Below, one piece after another: positions 27,301-41,500 of a stretch of DNA of 64,000 nucleotides. The stretch's first letter is position 1. Each line of letters starts with the position of its first letter. Below the pieces are notes generated by a model. It was not told the DNA's origin, ran no database searches, and saw nothing but the letters and a program-made list of their open reading frames with translations. This DNA comes from the human T2T-CHM13v2.0 reference genome, Homo sapiens: assembly GCF_009914755.1 (NCBI RefSeq), contig NC_060946.1; one strand, 5' to 3'. Position numbers and translations under genes: made by a program.

Positions 27301-30300
27301 ACGTCCACTTCCATATACTACAAAAAGAGCGTTTCAAACCTGCTCTATGAAAGGCAATGTTCAACTCTGTGACTTGAATGCAGACATCACAGAGCAGTTT
27401 CTGAGAATGCTTCTGTCTAGATTTTATAGGAAGATACTCCCGTTTCCAGCGAAATCTTCACAGCTATCCAAATATCCACTTGCAGATTCTACAAAATGAG
27501 TTTATCAAAACTGCTCTGTCAAAAGGAAGGTTCTTCTCTGTTAGTTGAGTACATACGTCATAAAGGAGTTTCTGAGAATGTTTCTGTCTAGTGGTTATGG
27601 GAAGATATTTGCTTTTTCACCGTAGGCCTCAGAGCGATCCAAATATCCACTTGCACATACTACAAAAAGAGTGCTTCAAAGCTGCTCTCTGAAAGGGAAT
27701 GTTCAACTCTATGAGTTGAATGCAAACATCACAAAGACGTTTCTGAGAATGCTTCTGTCTAGATTTGATATGAAGATATTCCCGTTTCCAACGAAATCTT
27801 CAAATCTATCCAAATGTCCACTTGCAGATTCAACAAAAAGTGTTTTTCAGAACTGCTCTATCAAAAGAAAGATCCACCTCTGTTAGCTGAGTTCACACAT
27901 CAAAAACAAGTTTATGAGAATGCTTCTGTCTAGTTTTTATTTGAAGATATTCCCTTTCTCACCATAGACCTGAAAGCTCTCCTAGTGTTCACTTCCAGAT
28001 ACTACAGAAAGAGTGTTTCAAAACTGCTGTACGAAAGGGAATGTTCAACTCTGTGACTTGAATGCACACATCACAAAGAAGTTTCTGAGGATGCTGCTGT
28101 CTACTTTTTATACGTAATCCCGTTTCCAACGAAATCCTCCAAGCTATCCAAATATCCACTTGCAGATTCCACAGAAAGACTGTTTCAAAACTGCTCTGTC
28201 AATAGAAAGGTTCAACTCCGTTAGCTGCGTGCATATATCCCAAAGAAGATTCTGAGATTGCTTCTGTCTAGTATTTATGGGAAGATATTTCCCTTTTCAC
28301 CGTAGGTGTCAAGGAGGTCCAAATGTCCACTTCCAGATACTACAAAAAGAGTGTTTCAAACCTACTCTGCGAAAGGGTATATTCAACTCTGTGACTTGAA
28401 TGCAGATATCACAAAGAAGTTTCTGAGAATGCTGCTGTCGAGATTTTATATGAAGATATTCCCGTTTCCAACGAAATCCTGAAATCTATCCAAATATCCC
28501 CTCGCAGATTCTACAAAAAGAGTGTTTACAAACTGCTCTGTAAAAAGAAAGGTTCAACTCTGTTAGTTGAGTACACACATCACAAACAAGTTTCACAGAA
28601 TGCTTCTTTCTATCTTGTAGGGGAAGATATTCCCTTTATCACCATGGGCCTCAAACCGTCCGAAACGTCCACTTCCATATACTACAAAAAGAGCGTTTCA
28701 AACCTGCTCTATGAAAGGCAATGTTCAACTCTGTGACTTGAATGCAGACATCACAGAGCAGTTTCTGAGAACGCTTCTGTCTAGATTTTATAGGAAGATA
28801 TTCCCGTTTCCAGCGAAATCTTCACAGCTATCCAAATATCCACTTGCAGATTCTACAAAAAGAGTGTATCAAAACTGCTCTGTCAAAAGGAAGGTTCTTC
28901 TCTGTTAGGTGAGTACATACGTCATAAAGGAGTTTCTGAGAATGTTTCTGTCTAGTGGTTATGGGAAGATATTTGCTTTTTCACCGTAGGCCTCAGAGCG
29001 CTCCAAATATCCACTTGCACATACTACAAAAGGAGTGCTTCAAAGCTGCTCTCTGAAACGGAAAGTTCAACTCTATGAGTTGAATGCAAACATCACAAAG
29101 ACGTTTCTGAGAATGCTTCTGTCTAGATTTGATATGAAGATATTCCCGTTTCCAACGAAATCTTCTAATCTATCCAAATGTCCTCTTGCAGATTCAACAA
29201 AAAGTGTTTTTCAGAACTGCTCTATCAAAAGAAAGATCCACGTGTGTTAGCTGAGTTCACACATCACGAACAAGTTTATGAGAATGCTTCTGTCTAGTTT
29301 TTATTTGAAGATATTTCCTTTCTCACCATAGACCTGAAAGCTGACCTAATGTTCACTTCCAGATACTACAGAAAGAGTGTTTCAAAACTGCTGTACGAAA
29401 GGGAATGTTCAACTCTGTGACTTGAATGCACACATCACAAAGAAGTTTCTGAGGATGCTGCTGTCTACTTTTTATACGTAATCCCGTTTCCAACGAAATC
29501 CTCCAAGCTATCCAAATATCCACTTGCAGATTCCACAGAAAGACTGTTTCAAAACTGCTATGTCAATAGAAAAGTTCAACTCTGTTAGCTGTGTGCATAT
29601 ATCCCAAAGAAAATTCTGAGATTGCTTCTGTCTAGTTTTTATGGGAAGATATTTCCCTTTTCACCGTAGGCGTCAAGGCGCTCCAAATGTCCACTTCCAG
29701 ATACTACAAAAAGAGTGTTTCAAACCTACTCTGTGAAAGGGAATATTCAACTCTGTGACTTGAAGGCAGATATCACAAAGAAGTTTCTGAGAATGCTTCT
29801 GTCGAGATTTTATATGAAGATATTCCCGTTTCCAACGAAATCCTGAAATCTATCCAAATATCCCCTCGCAGATTCTACAAAAAGAGTGTTTCAAAACTGC
29901 TCTGTAAAAAGAAAGGTTCAACTCTGTTAGTTGAGTACACACATCACAAACAAGTTTCACAGAATGCTTCTTTCTAGCTTGTAGGGGAAGATATTCCCTT
30001 TATCACCATGGGCCTCAAACCGTCCGAAACGTCCACTTCCATATACTACAAAAAGAGCGTTTCAAACCTGCTCTATGAAAGGCAATGTTCAACTCTGTGA
30101 CTTGAATGCAGACATCACAGAGCAGTTTCTGAGAATGCTTCTGTCTAGATTTTATAGGAAGATATTCCCGTTTCCAGCGAAATCTTCACAGCTATCCAAA
30201 TATCCACTTGCAGATTCTACAAAAAGAGTGTATCAAAACTGCTCTGTCAAATGGAAGGTTCTTCTCTGTTAGGTGAGTGCATACGTCGTAAAGGAGTTTC

Positions 30301-32583
30301 TGAGAATGTTTCTGTCTAGTGGTTATGGGAAGATATTTTCTTTTTCACCGTAGGCCTCAGAGCGCTCCAAATATCCACTTGCACATACTACAAAAAGAGT
30401 GTTTCAAAGCTGCTCTCTGAAAGGGAATGTTCAACTCTATGAGTTGAATGCAAACATGACAAAGACGTTTCTGAGAATGCTTCTGTCTAGATTTGATATG
30501 AAGATATTCCCGTTTCCAACGAAATCTTCAAATCTATCCAAATGTCCTCTTGCAGATTCAACAAAAAGTGTTTTTCAGAACTGCTCTATCAAAAGAAAGA
30601 TCCACGTTCGTTAGCTGAGTTCACACATCACAAACAAGTTTATGAGAATGCTTCTGTCTAGTTTTTATTTCAAGATATTTCCTTTCTCACCATAGACCTG
30701 AAAGCTATCCTAATGTACACTTCCAGATACTACAGAAAGAGTGTTTCAAAACTGCTGTACGAAAGGTGATGTTCAACTCTGTGACTTGAATGCACACATC
30801 ACAAAGAAGTTTCTGAGGATGCTGCTGTCTACTTCTTATACGTAATCCCGTTTCCAACGAAATCCTCCAAGCTATCCAAATATCCACTTGCAGATTCCAC
30901 AGAAAGACTGTTTCAAAACTGCTATGTCAATAGAAAGGTTCAACTCTGTTAGCTGTGTGCATATATCCCAAAGAAAATTCTGAGATTGCTTCTGTCTAGT
31001 TTTTATGGGAAGATATTTCCCTTTTCACCGTAGGCGTCAAGGCGCTCCAAATGTCCACTTCCAGATACTACAAAGAGAGTGTTTCAAACCTACTATGTGA
31101 AAGGGAATATTCAACTCTGTGACTTGAATGCAGATATCACAAAGAAGTTTCTGAGAATGCTTCTGTCGAGATTTTATATGAAGATATTCCCGTTTCCAAC
31201 GAAATCCTGAAATCTATCCAAATATCCCCTCGCAGATTCTACAAAAAGAGTGTTTCCAAACTGCTCTGTAAAAAGAAAGGTTCAACTCTGTTAGTTGAGT
31301 ACACACATCACAAACAAGTTTCACAGAATGCTTCTTTCTAGCTTGTAGGGGAAGATATTCCCTTTATCACCATGGGCCTCAAACCGTCCGAAACGTCCAC
31401 TTCCATATACTACAAAAAGAGCGTTTCAAACCTGCTCTATGAAAGGCAATGTTCAACTCTGTGACTTGAATGCAGACATCACAGAGCAGTTTCTGAGAAT
31501 GCTTCTGTCTAGATTTTATAGGAAGATACTCCCGTTTCCAGCGAAATCTTCACAGCTATCCAAATATCCACTTGCAGATTCTACAAAATGAGTTTATCAA
31601 AACTGCTCTGTCAAAAGGAAGGTTCTTCTCTGTTAGTTGAGTACATACGTCATAAAGGAGTTTCTGAGAATGTTTCTGTCTAGTGGTTATGGGAAGATAT
31701 TTGCTTTTTCACCGTAGGCCTCAGAGCGATCCAAATATCCACTTGCACATACTACAAAAAGAGTGCTTCAAAGCTGCTCTCTGAAAGGGAATGTTCAACT
31801 CTATGAGTTGAATGCAAACATCACAAAGACGTTTCTGAGAATGCTTCTGTCTAGATTTGATATGAAGATATTCCCGTTTCCAACGAAATCTTCAAATCTA
31901 TCCAAATGTCCACTTGCAGATTCAACAAAAAGTGTTTTTCAGAACTGCTCTATCAAAAGAAAGATCCACCTCTGTTAGCTGAGTTCACACATCAAAAACA
32001 AGTTTATGAGAATGCTTCTGTCTAGTTTTTATTTGAAGATATTCCCTTTCTCACCATAGACCTGAAAGCTCTCCTAGTGTTCACTTCCAGATACTACAGA
32101 AAGAGTGTTTCAAAACTGCTGTACGAAAGGGAATGTTCAACTCTGTGACTTGAATGCACACATCACAAAGAAGTTTCTGAGGATGCTGCTGTCTACTTTT
32201 TATACGTAATCCCGTTTCCAACGAAATCCTCCAAGCTATCCAAATATCCACTTGCAGATTCCACAGAAAGACTGTTTCAAAACTGCTCTGTCAATAGAAA
32301 GGTTCAACTCCGTTAGCTGCGTGCATATATCCCAAAGAAGATTCTGAGATTGCTTCTGTCTAGTATTTATGGGAAGATATTTCCCTTTTCACCGTAGGTG
32401 TCAAGGAGGTCCAAATGTCCACTTCCAGATACTACAAAAAGAGTGTTTCAAACCTACTCTGCGAAAGGGTATATTCAACTCTGTGACTTGAATGCAGATA
32501 TCACAAAGAAGTTTCTGAGAATGCTGCTGTCGAGATTTTATATGAAGATATTCCCGTTTCCAACGAAATCCTGAAATCTATCC
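24400..32583 (-). repeat. Tandem duplication of a 3-HOR block (4092 bp x2)
   Basis: Private variants repeat at +4092: cggaaagttc, aatgtacactt, caaagagagtg, ctatgtgaaa, aaggaggtcc, gaaagggtat. ORF pairs 24943/29035 and 26613/30705. Confidence 0.92.
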
Positions 32584-35500
32584 AAATATCCCCTCGCAGA
32601 TTCTACAAAAAGAGTGTTTCAAAACTGCTCTGTAAAAAGAAAGGTTCAACTCTGTTAGTTGAGTACACACATCACAAACAAGTTTCACAGAATGCTTCTT
32701 TCTAGCTTGTAGGGGAAGATATTCCCTTTATCACCATGGGCCTCAAACCGTCCGAAACGTCCACTTCCATATACTACAAAAAGAGCGTTTCAAACCTGCT
32801 CTATGAAAGGCAATGTTCAGCTCTGTGACTTGAATGCAGACATCACAGAGCAGTTTCTGAGAATGCTTCTGTCTAGATTTTATAGGAAGATATTCCCGTT
32901 TCCAACGAAATCTTCACAGGTATCCAAATATCCACTTGCAGATTCTACAAAAAGAGTGTTTCAAAACTGCTCTGTCAAAAGGAAGGTTCTTCTCTGTTAG
33001 GTGAGTGCATACGTCATAAAGGAGTTTCTGAGAATGTTTCTGTCTAGTGGTTATGGGAAGATATTTGCTTTTTCACCGTAGGCCTCAGAGCGCTCCAAAT
33101 ATCCGCTTGCACATACTACAAAAAGAGTGCTTCAAAGCTGCTCTCTGAAACGGAATGTTCAACTCTATGAGTTGAATGCAAACATCACAAAGACGTTTCT
33201 GAGAATGCTTCTGTCTAGATTTGATATGAAGATATTCCCGTTTCCAACGAAATCTTCAAATCTATCCAAATGTCCACTTGCAGATTCAACAAAGTGTTTT
33301 TCAGAACTGCTCTATCAAAAGAAAGATCCACCTCTGTTAGCTGAGATCACACTTCACAAACAAGTTTATCAGAATGCTTCTCTCTAGTTTTTATTTGAAG
33401 ATATATCCTTTCTCACTATAGACCTGAAAGCTCTCCTAAAGTTCACTTCCAGATACTACAGAAAGAGTGTTTCAAAACTGCTGTACGAAAGGGAATGTTC
33501 AACTCTGTGACTTGAATGCACACATCACAAGGATGTTTCTGAGGATGCTGCTGTCTACTTTCTATACGTAATCCCGTTTCCTACGAAATCCTCCAAGCTA
33601 TCCAAATATCCACTTGCAGATTCCACAGAAAGACTGTTTCAAAACTGCTCTGTCAATAGAAAGGTTCAACTCTATTAGCAGCGTGCATATATCCCAAAGA
33701 AGATTCTGAGATTGCTTCTGTCTAGTTTTTATGGGAAGATATTTCCCTTTTCACCGTAGGTGTAAAGGCGCTCCAAATGTCCACTTCCAGATACTACAAA
33801 AAGATTGTTTCAAACCTACTCTGTGAAAGGGAATATTCAACTCTGTGACTTAAAGGCAGATATCACAAAGAAGTTTCTGAGAATGCTTCTGTCGAGATTT
33901 TATATGAAGATATTCCCGTTTCCAACGAAATCCTGAAATCTATCCAAATATCCCCTCGCAGATTCTACAAAAAGAGTGTTTCAAAACTGCTCTGTAAAAA
34001 GAAAGGTTCAACTCTGTTAGTTGAGTACACACATCACAAACAAGTTTCACAGAATGCTTCTTTCTAGCTTGTAGGGGAAGATATTCCCTAAATCACCATG
34101 GGCCTCAAACCGTCCGAAACGTCCACTTCCATATACTACAAAATGAGTGTTTCAAACCTGCTCTATGAAAGGCAATGTTCAACTCTGTGACTTGAATGCA
34201 GACATCACAGAGCAGTTTCTGAGAATGCTTCTGTCTAGATTTTATAGGAAGATATTCCCGTTTCCAACGAAATCTTCACAGCTATCCAAATATCCACTTG
34301 CAGATTCTACAAAAAGAGTGTATCAAAACTGCTCTGTCAAAAGGAAGGTTCTTCTCTGTTAGGTGAGTGCATACGTCATAAAGGAGTTTCTGAGAATGTT
34401 TCTGTCTAGTGGTTATGGGAAGATATTTGCTTTATCACCGTAGGCCTCAGAGCGCTCCAAATATCCGCTTGCACATACTACAAAAAGAGTGCTTCAAAGC
34501 TGCTCTCTGAAACGGAATGTTCAACTCTATGAGTTGAATGCAAACATCACAAAGACGTTTCTGAGAATGCTTCTGTCTAGATTTGATATGAAGATATTCC
34601 CGTTTCCAACGAAATCTTCAAATCTATCCAAATGTCCACTTGCAGATTCAACAAAAAGTGTTTTTCAGAACTGCTCTATCAAAAGAAAGATCCACGTGTG
34701 TTAGCTGAGTTCACACATCACAAACAAGTTTATGAGAATGCTTCTGTCTAGTTTTTATTTGAAGATGTTTCCTTTCTCACCATAGACCTGAAAGCTGTCC
34801 TAATGTTCACTTCCAGATACTACAGAAAGAGTGTTTCAAAACTGCTGTACGAAAGGGAATGTTCAACTCTGTGACTTGAATGCACACATCACAAAGAAGT
34901 TTCTGAGGATGCTGCTGTCTACTTTTTATACGTAATCCCGTTTCCAACGAAATCCTCCAAGCTATCCAAATATCCACTTGCAGATTCCACAGAAAGACTG
35001 TTTCAAAACTGCTATGTCAATAGAAAAGTTCAACTCTGTTAGCTGTGTGCATATATCCCAAAGAAAATTCTGAGATTGCTTTTGTCTAGTTTTTATGGGA
35101 AGATATTTCCCTTTTCACCGTAGGCGTCAAGGCGCTCCAAATGTCCACTTCCAGATACTACAAAAAGAGTGTTTCAAACCTACTCTGTGAAAGGGAATAT
35201 TCAACTCTGTGACTTGAAGGCAGATATCACAAAGAAGTTTCTGAGAATGCTTCTGTCGAGATTTTATATGAAGATATTCCCGTTTCCAACGAAATCCTGA
35301 AATCTATCCAAATATCCCCTCGCAGATTCTACAAAAAGAGTGTTTCAAAACTGCTCTGTAAAAAGAAAGGTTCAACTCTGTTAGTTGAGTACACACATCA
35401 CAAACAAGTTTCACAGAATGCTTCTTTCTAGCTTGTAGGGGAAGATATTCCCTTTATCACCATGGGCCTCAAACCGTCCGAAACGTCCACTTCCATATAC

Positions 35501-38500
35501 TACAAAAAGAGCGTTTCAAACCTGCTCTATGAAAGGCAATGTTCAACTCTGTGACTTGAATGCAGACATCACAGAGCAGTTTCTGAGAATGCTTCTGTCT
35601 AGATTTTACAGGAAGATATTCCCGTTTCCAGCGAAATCTTCACAGCTATCCAAATATCCACTTGCAGATTCTACAAAAAGAGTGTATCATAACTGCTCTG
35701 TCAAATGGAAGGTTCTTCTCTGTTAGGTGAGTGCATACGTCATAAAGGAGTTTCTGAGAATGTTTCTGTCTAGTGGTTATGGGAAGATATTTGCTTTTTC
35801 ACCGTAGGCCTCAGAGCGCTCCAAATATCCACTTGCACATACTACAAAAAGAGTGTTTCAAAGCTGCTCTCTGAAAGGGAATGTTCAACTCTATGAGTTG
35901 AATGCAAACATGACAAAGACGTTTCTGAGAATGCTTCTGTCTAGATTTGATATGAAGATATTCCCGTTTCCAACGAAATCTTCAAATCTATCCAAATGTC
36001 CACTTGCAGATTCAACAAAAAGTGTTTTTCAGAACTGCTCTATCAAAAGAAAGATCCACGTTCGTTAGCTGAGTTCACACATCACAAACAAGTTTATGAG
36101 AATGCTTCTGTCTAGTTTTTATTTGAAGATATTTCCTTTCTCACCATAGACCTGAAAGCTATCCTAATGTTCACTTCCAGATACTACAGAAAGAGTGTTT
36201 CAAAACTGCTGTACGAAAGGTGATGTTCAACTCTGTGACTTGAATGCACACATCACAAAGAAGTTTCTGAGGATGCTGCTGTCTACTTCTTATACGTAAT
36301 CCCGTTTCCAACGAAATCCTCCAAGCTATCCAAATATCCACTTGCAGATTCCACAGAAAGACTGTTTCAAAACTGCTATGTCAATAGAAAGGTTCAACAC
36401 TGTTAGCTGTGTGCATATATCCCAAAGAAAATTCTGAGATTGCTTCTGTCTAGTTTTTATGGGAAGATATTTCCCTTTTCACCGTAGGCGTCAAGGCGCT
36501 CCAAATGTCCACTTCCAGATACTACAAAAAGAGTGTTTCAAACCTACTCTGTGAAAGGGAATATTCAACTCTGTGACTTGAATGCAGATATCACAAAGAA
36601 GTTTCTGAGAATGCTTCTGTCGAGATTTTATATGAAGATATTCCCGTTTCCAACGAAATCCTGAAATCTATCCAAATATCCCCTCGCAGATTCTACAAAA
36701 AGAGTGTTTCCAAACTGCTCTGTAAAAAGAAAGGTTCAACTCTGTTAGTTGAGTACACACATCACAAACAAGTTTCACAGAATGCTTCTTTCTAGCTTGT
36801 AGGGGAAGATATTCCCTTTATCACCATGGGCCTCAAACCGTCCGAAACGTCCACTTCCATATACTACAAAAAGAGCGTTTCAAACCTGCTCTATGAAAGG
36901 CAATGTTCAACTCTGTGACTTGAATGCAGACATCACAGAGCAGTTGCTGAGAATGCTTCTGTCTAGATTTTATAGGAAGATACTCCCGTTTCCAGCGAAA
37001 TCTTCACAGCTATCCAAATATCCACTTGCAGATTCTACAAAAAGAGTGTATCAAAACTGCTCTGTCAAAAGGAAGGTTCTTCTCTGTTAGGTGAGTGCAT
37101 ACGTCATAAAGGAGTTTCTGAGAATGTTTCTGTCTAGTGGTTATGGGAAGATATTTGCTTTTTCACCTTAGGCCTCAGAGCGCTCCAAATATCCGCTTGC
37201 ACATACTACAAAAAGAGTGCTTCAAAGCTGCTCTCTGAAACGGAATGTTCAACTCTATGAGTTGAATGCAAACATCACAAAGACGTTTCTGAGAATGCTT
37301 CTGTCTAGATTTGATATGAAGATATTCCCGTTTCCAACGAAATCTTCAAATCTATCCAAATGTCCACTTGCAGATTCAACTAAAAGTGTTTTTCAGAACT
37401 GCTCTATCAAAAGAAGTATCCACCTCTGTTAGCTGAGTTCACACATCACAAACAAGTTTATGAGAATGCTTCTGTCTAGTTTTTATTTGAAGATATTTCC
37501 TTTCTCACCATAGACCTGAAAGCTGTCCTAGTGTTCACTTCCAGATACTACAGAAAGAGTGTTTCAAAACTGCTGTACGAAAGGGAATGTTCAACTCTGT
37601 GACGTGAATGCACACATCACAAAGAAGTTTCTGAGGATGCTGCTGTCTACTTTTTATACGTAATCCCGTTTCCAACGAAATCCTCCAAGCTATCCAAATA
37701 TCCACTTGCAGATTCCACAGAGAGACTGTTTCAAAACTGCTCTGTCAATAGAAAGGTTCAACTCTGTTAGCTGTGTGCATATATCCCAAAGAAGATTCTG
37801 AGATTGCTTCTGTCCAGTTTTTATGGGAAGATATTTCCCTTTTCACCGTAGGCGTCAAGGCGCTCCAAATGTCCACTTCCAGATACTACAAAAAGAGTGT
37901 TTCAAACCTACTCTGTGAAAGGGAATATTCAACTCTGTGACTTGAATGCAGATATCACAAAGAAGTTTCTGAGAATGCTTCTGTCGAGATTTTATATGAA
38001 GATATTCCCCTTTCCAACGAAATCCTGAAATCTATCCAAATATCCCCTCACAGATTCTACAAAAAGAGTGTTTCAAAACTGCTCTGTAAAAAGAAAGGTT
38101 CAACTCTGTTAGTTGAGTACACACATCACAAACAAGTTTCACAGAATGCTTCTTTCTAGCTTGTAGGGGAAGATATTCCCTTTATCACCATGGGCCTCAA
38201 ACCGTCCGAAACGTCCACTTCCATATACTACAAAAAGAGCGTTTCAAACCTGCTCTATGAAAGGCAATGTTCAACTCTGTGACTTGAATGCAGACATCAC
38301 AGAGCAGTTTCTGAGAATGCTTCTGTCTAGATTTTATAGGAAGATATTCCCGTTTCCAACGAAATCTTCACAGCTATCCAAATATCCACTTGCAGATTCT
38401 ACAAAATGAGTTTATCAAAACTGCTCTGTCAAAAGGAAGGTTCTTCTCTGTTAGGTGAGTGCATACGTCATAAAGGAGTTTCTGAGAATGTTTCTGTCTA

Positions 38501-41500
38501 GTGGTTATGGGAAGATATTTGCTTTTTCACCGTAGGCCTCAGAGCGATCCAAATATCCACTTGCACATACTACAAAAAGAGTGCTTCAAAGCTGCTCTCT
38601 GAAAGGGAATGTTCAACTCTATGAGTTGAATGCAAACATCACAAAGACGTTTCTGAGAATGCTTCTGTCTAGATTTGATAGGAAGATATTCCCGTTTCCA
38701 ACGAAATCTTCAAATCTATCCAAATGTCCACTTGCAGATTCAACAAAAAGTGTTTTTCAGAACTGCTCTATCAAAAGAAAGATCCACCTCTGTTAGCTGA
38801 GTTCACACATCAAAAACAAGTTTATGAGAATGCTTCTGTCTAGTTTTTATTTGAAGATATTTCCTTTCTCACCATAGACCTGAAAGCTGTCCTAGTGTTC
38901 ACTTCCAGATACTACAGAAAGAGTGTTTCAAAACTGCTGTACGAAAGGGAATGTTCAACTCTGTGACTTGAATGCACACATCACAAAGAAGTTTCTGACG
39001 ATGCTGCTGTCTACTTTTTATACGTAATCCCGTTTCCAACGAAATCCTCCAAGCTATCCAAATATCCACTTGCAGATTCCACAGAAAGACTGTTTCAAAA
39101 CTGCTCTGTCAATAGAAAGGTTCAACTCTGTTAGCTGCGTGCATATATCCCAAAGAAGATTCTGAGATTGCTTCTGTCTAGTATTTATGGGAAGATATTT
39201 CCCTTTTCACCGTAGGTGTCAAGGAGCTCCAAATGTCCACTTCCAGATACTACAAAAAGAGTGTTTCAAACCTACTCTGCGAAAGGGAATATTCAACTCT
39301 GTGACTTGAAGGCAGATATCACAAAGAAGTTTCTGAGAATGCTTCTGTCGAGATTTTATATGAAGATATTCCCGTTTCCAACGAAATCCTGAAATCTATC
39401 CAAATATCCCCTCGCAGATTCTACAAAAAGAGTGTTTCAAAACTGCTCTGTAAAAAGAAAGGTTCAACTCTGTTAGTTGAGTACACACATCACAAACAAG
39501 TTTCACAGAATGCTTCTTTCTAGCTTGTAGGGGAAGATATTCCCTTTATCACCATGGGCCTCAAACCGTCCGAAACGTCCACTTCCATATACTACAAAAA
39601 GAGCGTTTCAAACCTGCTCTATGAAAGGCAATGTTCAACTCTGTGACTTGAATGCAGACATCACAGAGCAGTTTCTGAGAATGCTTCTGTCTAGATTTTA
39701 TAGGAAGATATTCCCGTTTCCAACGAAATCTTCACAGCTATCCAAATATCCACTTGCAGATTCTACAAAAAGAGTGTATCAAAACTGCTCTGTCAAAAGG
39801 AAGGTTCTTCTCTGTTAGGTGAGTGCATACGTCATAAAGGAGTTTCTGAGAATGTTTCTGTCTAGTGGTTATGGGAAGATATTTGCTTTTTCACCGTAGG
39901 CCTCAGAGCGCTCCAAATATCCGCTTGCACATACTACAAAAAGAGTGCTTCAAAGCTGCTCTCTGAAACGGAATGTTCAACTCTATGAGTTGAATGCAAA
40001 CATGACAAAGACGTTTCTGAGAATGCTTCTGTCTAGATTTGATATGAAGATATTCCCGTTTCCAACGAAATCTTCAAATCTATCCAAATGTCCACTTGCA
40101 GATCCAACAAAGCGTTTTTCAGAACTGCTCTATCAAAAGAAAGATCCACCTCTGTTAGCTGAGATCACACTTCACAAACAAGTTTATCAGAATGCTTCTG
40201 TCTAGTTTTTATTTGAAGATATATCCTTTCTCACTATAGACCTGAAAGCTCTCCTAAAGTTCACTTCCAGATACTACAGAAAGAGTGTTTCAAAACTGCT
40301 GTACGAAAGGGAATGTTCAACTCTGTGACTTGAATGCACACATCACAAGGATGTTTCTGAGGATGCTGCCGTCTACTTTTTATACGTAATCCCGTTTCCA
40401 ACGAAATCCTCCAAGCTATCCAAATATCCACTTGCAGATTCCACAGAAAGACTGTTTCAAAACTGCTCTGTCAATAGAAAGGTTCAACTCTATTAGCTGC
40501 GTACATATATCCCAAAGAAGATTCTGAGATTGCTTCTGTCTAGTTTTTATGGGAAGATATTTCCCTTTTCACCGTAGGTGTCAAGGCGCTCCAAATGTCC
40601 ACTTCCAGATACTACAAAAAGAGTGTTTCAAACCTACTCTGTGAAAGGGAATATTCAACTCTGTGACTTAAAGGCAGATATCACAAAGAAGTTTCTGAGA
40701 ATGCTTCTGTCGCGATTTTATATGAAGATATTCCCCTTTCCAACGAAATCCTGAAATCTATCCAAATATCCCCTCGCAGATTCTACAAAAAGAGTGTTTC
40801 AAAACTGCTCTGTAAAAAGAAAGGTTCAACTCTGTTAGTTGAGTACACACATCACAAACAAGTTTCACAGAATGCTTCTTTCTAGCTTGTAGGGGAAGAT
40901 ATTCCCTTTATCACCATGGGCCTCAAACCGTCCGAAACGTCCACTTCCATATACTACAAAAAGAGCGTTTCAAACCTGCTCTATGAAAGGCAATGTTCAA
41001 CTCTGTGACTTGAATGCAGACATCACAGAGCAGTTTCTGAGAATGCTTCTGTCTAGATTTTATAGGAAGATATTCCCGTTTCCAACGAAATCTTCACAGC
41101 TATTCAAATATCCACTTGCAGATTCTACAAAAAGAGTGTATCAAAACTGCTCTGTCAAAAGGAAGGTTCTTCTCTGTTAGGTGAGTGCATACGTCGTAAA
41201 GGAGTTTCTGAGAATGTTTCTGTCTAGTGGTTATGGGAAGATATTTGCTTTTTCACCGTAGGCCTCAGAGCGCTCCAAATATCCACTTGCACATACTACA
41301 AAAAGAGTGTTTCAAAGCTGCTCTCTGAAAGGGAATGTTCAACTCTATGAGTTGAATGCAAACATGACAAAGACGTTTCTGAGAATGCTTCTGTCTAGAT
41401 TTGATATGAAGATATTCCCGTTTCCAACGAAATCTTCAAATCTATCCAAATGTCCACTTGCAGATTCAACAAAGTGTTTTTCAGAACTGCTCTATCAAAA

